Assembly (NCBI GenBank): GCA_018985225.1
Contig: JADGIF010000257.1
Coordinates: 1-12,613, forward strand
Direction: 5' to 3'
DNA length: 12,613 bases
Source: Amoeboradix gromovi X-113
Lineage: Eukaryota > Fungi > Sanchytriomycota
Below the pieces are notes generated by a model that was given only the letters and a program-made list of their open reading frames with translations, made no database searches and was not told the DNA's origin. The translations under genes were made by a program, and so were the position numbers. Of this stretch, positions 9,801 to 12,613 are shown one piece after another (the first letter of the stretch is position 1; every line of letters begins with the position of its first letter).

Positions 9801-10943
9801 TGCTTTCGAAAACGGAGGGGGTGCAATACTTATTATATCTAATCCAGTTCCGTATTCTAACATTCTTTCATTAATAACTCGTAGAATTAGCTTATCACAG
9901 CATAGGATACCATTCAAACTGGATATAACAATCACTGAAAAGCCAGTTGAGCTCAAATAAAGCTCCCTGCCTCCAATCATATTTTCGTGTGAATTCATGG
10001 CCAAATTAACAGCCTCTAATATATTCCCTTCTCTAGCATATGCTAGTTGAAAAGCTCCCCAAGAGTTGCTTTTGTTTAATATCATGTTTCTAAAGTTGAT
10101 GATGCTAATCCGAATATCCTCAGAAAGCTGCTTATGGTCAACAGTTTTGGAATTTAATGACAAAATTTGATAAAAGTCCTGGCAAGGTCTACCAAGAAAA
10201 TCTGTTTCTACGTCTTTAGACGTAAGACCTAAAAATGAAGAGTTGAGCAATGATTCAGTGTACTTCATATTATCAGAATAATCCTCCGTAAGAATTATTC
10301 TACTGAAGAGAATAAGAGTCAAGCGATGATTTGTCTTTTGTTCTTTCCATTTATTAAATATTTTAGGGATTACACCGCTAACCATCTTTTCGAAATAAGT
10401 ATCACCATCATAGCAGAAATCAAATAATTCTCGGCTAATGTGAAGAAAGAGAAAGACTTGCGCAGATTTTGATCTAAATATGGTTTTTGAATCTGCATCA
10501 TAATATGCAGAGAGGACTTCCTTGTCATTCACAACAATTTTTCGGACTTGAGCCTTCAGAATACCATAATTCATAGTTTTGCCAACGAACAACACTCGCT
10601 TATGACAGGTACTAGTGAACCTATGAAAATCGCCATTAGAAAAATACTGATCTTTAATCGTGAACTCTATATAACTTGCAATTGGCGGCCTATCTGATTT
10701 TGTGACTAAACCATCCACACGTTGAGATATTTGAAGCAGATTAGAAGCTTCGGCTCCTAATTGCACTTGGCCAATGCGACACGAGCTCATTTTTGTTTGC
10801 AAAAACAGTGAAGTACTCTGCTCTTGAAAAGTAATCTTGACATAGTCGCCATTTTTAATATTTGGAAATGCTTTTTCATCTAGTAGCAAATCGTCTACAG
10901 AATCGGTTCGCCATATGCTTGTACTTATGCCTGATGATTGCAT
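6818..10943 (-). CDS. IML1: GATOR1/SEACIT subunit Iml1/DEPDC5, complement(join(6818..7049,7069..10943)), 1368 aa
   Basis: N-terminal motifs TIFRSKSAQVFLFLHISRELFDF..DGDTYFEKMV, GNILEAVNLA and KWSSIICPACMP; DEP domain KDRRWHLRFYERVFVGSDFVDFL..TREEAVEYG..LFEHV..KH..LDGHYFY; C-terminal QYVHRTG. Splicing the 19-nt intron adds LKKLRDFCNDAEKLTKFYDKC...ANE* (TAA 6820-6818), typical of the family C-terminus. Confidence 0.96.
7050..7068 (-). other. 19-nt spliceosomal intron in IML1
   Basis: Minus strand gtatattttaataatgtag. Its TAG is the ORF-track stop; removal gives WIENPM-YDGQ and a 232-nt last exon with conserved sequence. Confidence 0.92.
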
Positions 10944-10969
10944 TTGAAGGAGAAAAAATAATAAAATTA

Positions 10970-11136
10970 ACAGCTTGACTATTTTCTTGAATAAATCATT
11001 TATCGCGAATTTGTATATATTTTTGTGTCATTTCACGACTTTTCCAGATTTTCCTAATAGCTTAAACACTCGATATTTTTCCTTTTCGCAAATGGTAAAT
11101 CAATTCTAAATAAATAATTAACAGGTACAGCATACA
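10970..11136 (+). repeat. Element left-end sequence, repeated at 12243-12398
   Basis: acagcttgactattttcttgaataaatcatttatcgcgaatttgtat versus acagttcgattgttttcttgaataaatcatttattgcgaattggtat; similarity continues through ctaatag(c/t)ttaaa(c/t)actcgatatt to taaca(g/t)gtacagcataca. Confidence 0.93.
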
Positions 11137-11328
11137 AATACATATGATCTGATATTCTTATCATCGTTAAATACTAGTCAAATGATAAGTAGCTTGTCGA
11201 GCAAGGTCGCAAGAAATATGGCTACAATGTCCCATTACGCATTCAAGGAACGCTTGAAGTTCAAGTGTAAGCAAAGAGGAAAGACGCTAGTTGAGGAACA
11301 TATACATCAAGTATATGCATACTTATTC

Positions 11329-11431
11329 AATCCCGCCTCAGGGTAGTGAAAGCGTGAGCAATCACTGCAACGGAGAAACTAGCATTAGTTTCTCTGTGGA
11401 AATTCTCGATTTTCTCGGAAATCAGGACTTT
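11329..11431 (+). ncRNA. Putative omegaRNA scaffold of copy A (best-preserved copy)
   Basis: Overlaps the TnpB C-terminal codons and the right end, as established for TnpB/Fanzor omegaRNAs. Three hairpins: gtagtga..tcactgc (11343-11368, inner GC-GTGA-GC), acggagaaacta-gcat-tagtttctctgt (11370-11397, 12 bp) and gatttt-ctcg-gaaatc (11408-11423). Confidence 0.72.
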
Positions 11432-11452
11432 GACGAGGAGTAACAACTAAAT

Positions 11453-12226
11453 TTACTTTTTCATTAAATCTTTAAAACTAATATTCATGAGGCTAGGTTT
11501 GGGCTTTGCGAGTTTTAGATTTTTAGATATTCCGCTGGACGTTTTTGCATGCAGAGAAGGTAGAGCTACGTTGTTATCCGCGCTTGGTACATCTTGAGAT
11601 TTGGAATTGAGCTTCTTTCGCGCAGGATTTGTTCTTTTCTCAGCTTTCTTGCTGGAGTCCTTAGCTAATGGTTCATCATCTCTGTTGTCAGACTTACCAT
11701 TTGACTCTTTAGTTGAAGTATTACGTGCTTTTGAATCCAGTCGACCGCTCAACTTACTTTCAACATGCTCTTCAGAGGAAGTTGCTTCGCATTGGCTCTT
11801 AATTAAAACATCTGTTCCAGATTTGTATTTTATGTCAGGAATATCATTCTTTTTTAGACTTAAATATAAACAGCTGCCGGAGAATGAATAGTAAATATTT
11901 TTAAATAAGACATGGAATTCATTGCTTAAATAGTCTTCGAATATATTACAAATGGAATTTCCTAAAGAATCGGAAGAGAAGACATGGTAGTCTTCTGGTT
12001 TCGGCATATTGCCAACAAGATGCAATTTGCTAGGCTTCGTTATGTCGTATTCAAATAACTCAAACGCACGGTCCCATATTTTGGCAATTGATTCATTTAC
12101 CTTTAAAACGTCACAATTTTTACCAGGCATTGCTATTGAAAAAGTAAACAAGCTAGACTTAGCCGAGTTTAGTCTTGAATTTACTTCAAATTTTGGATCC
12201 AATACAAAGTCCAAATGCAAAATCAT
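11453..12226 (-). CDS. Hypothetical protein (257 aa from the ATG at 12226): globular-looking N-terminal part and K/S-rich low-complexity C-terminus
   Basis: Uninterrupted ORF fitting between two elements. The ORF-track start at 12232 is a TTG. No family recognised, and the true start is uncertain. Confidence 0.7.
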   Translation of the reverse strand: MILHLDFVLDPKFEVNSRLNSAKSSLFTFSIAMPGKNCDVLKVNESIAKIWDRAFELFEYDITKPSKLHLVGNMPKPEDYHVFSSDSLGNSICNIFEDYLSNEFHVLFKNIYYSFSGSCLYLSLKKNDIPDIKYKSGTDVLIKSQCEATSSEEHVESKLSGRLDSKARNTSTKESNGKSDNRDDEPLAKDSSKKAEKRTNPARKKLNSKSQDVPSADNNVALPSLHAKTSSGISKNLKLAKPKPSLMNISFKDLMKK

Positions 12227-12242
12227 CCGCAAGGAGTTTCGG

Positions 12243-12613
12243 ACAGTTCGATTGTTTTCTTGAATAAATCATTTATTGCGAATTGGTATGCATTTTTGTA
12301 TAATTTCAAAACTTTTCTAATAGTTTAAATACTCGATATTCTTCCTTTCACAAATGATAAATCAAATCTAAAGAAACCACTAACATGTACAGCATACATT
12401 CGTCTCAGACTGAGGAACTGGTCCAAACATGGAACAATTAGATGTCTTTCAATGCCTGGAATGAGATGAACAATAAATAAACTTGTAAACCATTTATTTA
12501 ATAATCCTTATAATTGGTTTTACCGAATACGCGACAATAGAGATCGTATGGCAGCAAGGAAGATATATATCAAGTATATACATCCTTATTCAATCCCGCC
12601 ACAGTGTAGTGCA
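12243..12613 (+). mobile_element. Internally deleted IS607-type Fanzor2 element (copy B), running off the window edge
   Basis: Left end homologous to copy A; ATG at 12385; LRNWSKHGTIRCLSMPGMR* (12410-12469) resembles the MerR-type HTH of IS607 TnpA (TLR.W...G.I...r.pGg.R); TnpB scraps KLVNHLFNN (from 12479) and RuvC-III NRDRMAARKIYIKYIHPYSIPPQ (12536-12604); scaffold start cttattcaatcccgccacagtgtagtg matches copy A at 11322-11348. Confidence 0.88.

Larger units (their letters stand above)
10970..11431 (+). mobile_element. Non-autonomous, internally deleted IS607-type Fanzor2 element (copy A, about 460 bp) with both ends
   Basis: The left end 10970-11136 aligns with 12243-12398. TnpB fragment at 11143-11295 is YDLIFLSSLNTSQMISSLSSKVARNMATMSHYAFKERLKFKCKQRGKTLVE (Fanzor2 'ydlI.lp.f.tsqM...lssk.aR.m..lsHy.Fk.rL..K'), fused out of frame to the RuvC-III tail RNIYIKYMHTYSIPPQG from 11294. 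A structured right end runs to 11431. Confidence 0.9.

Noticed and set aside
11370-11397. Hairpin as a bacterial rho-independent terminator or CRISPR repeat
   Set aside because: Eukaryotic context, no U-tract and no repeat-spacer periodicity; better explained as an omegaRNA stem.
11601-12263. Plus-strand ORFs 11601-11891 and 12009-12263
   Set aside because: Antisense shadows of the minus-strand ORF.

Overview
AT-rich, very compact eukaryotic DNA, most consistent with an early-diverging (zoosporic-type) fungus or a close relative; the taxon is an inference. It holds four host genes: GTP cyclohydrolase I (+), an axonemal dynein heavy chain tail with no motor domain (DNAH2-like, +), IML1/DEPDC5 of GATOR1 (-) and an unknown protein (-). 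Each of the first three has one ultra-short spliceosomal intron (19, 22 and 19 nt) near its 3' end, and all three introns end in TAAT-N-TAG. Most intergenic DNA is debris of RNA-guided OMEGA transposons that the ORF track misses: one decayed Fanzor1-like gene and five internally deleted IS607-type Fanzor2/TnpB elements. Three Fanzor2 copies keep a recognisable right end/omegaRNA scaffold ending AGGAYTTT, each followed by a different host-derived putative guide. Three elements end 16-26 nt from a host start codon. All family assignments are by motif recognition only; no searches were run.
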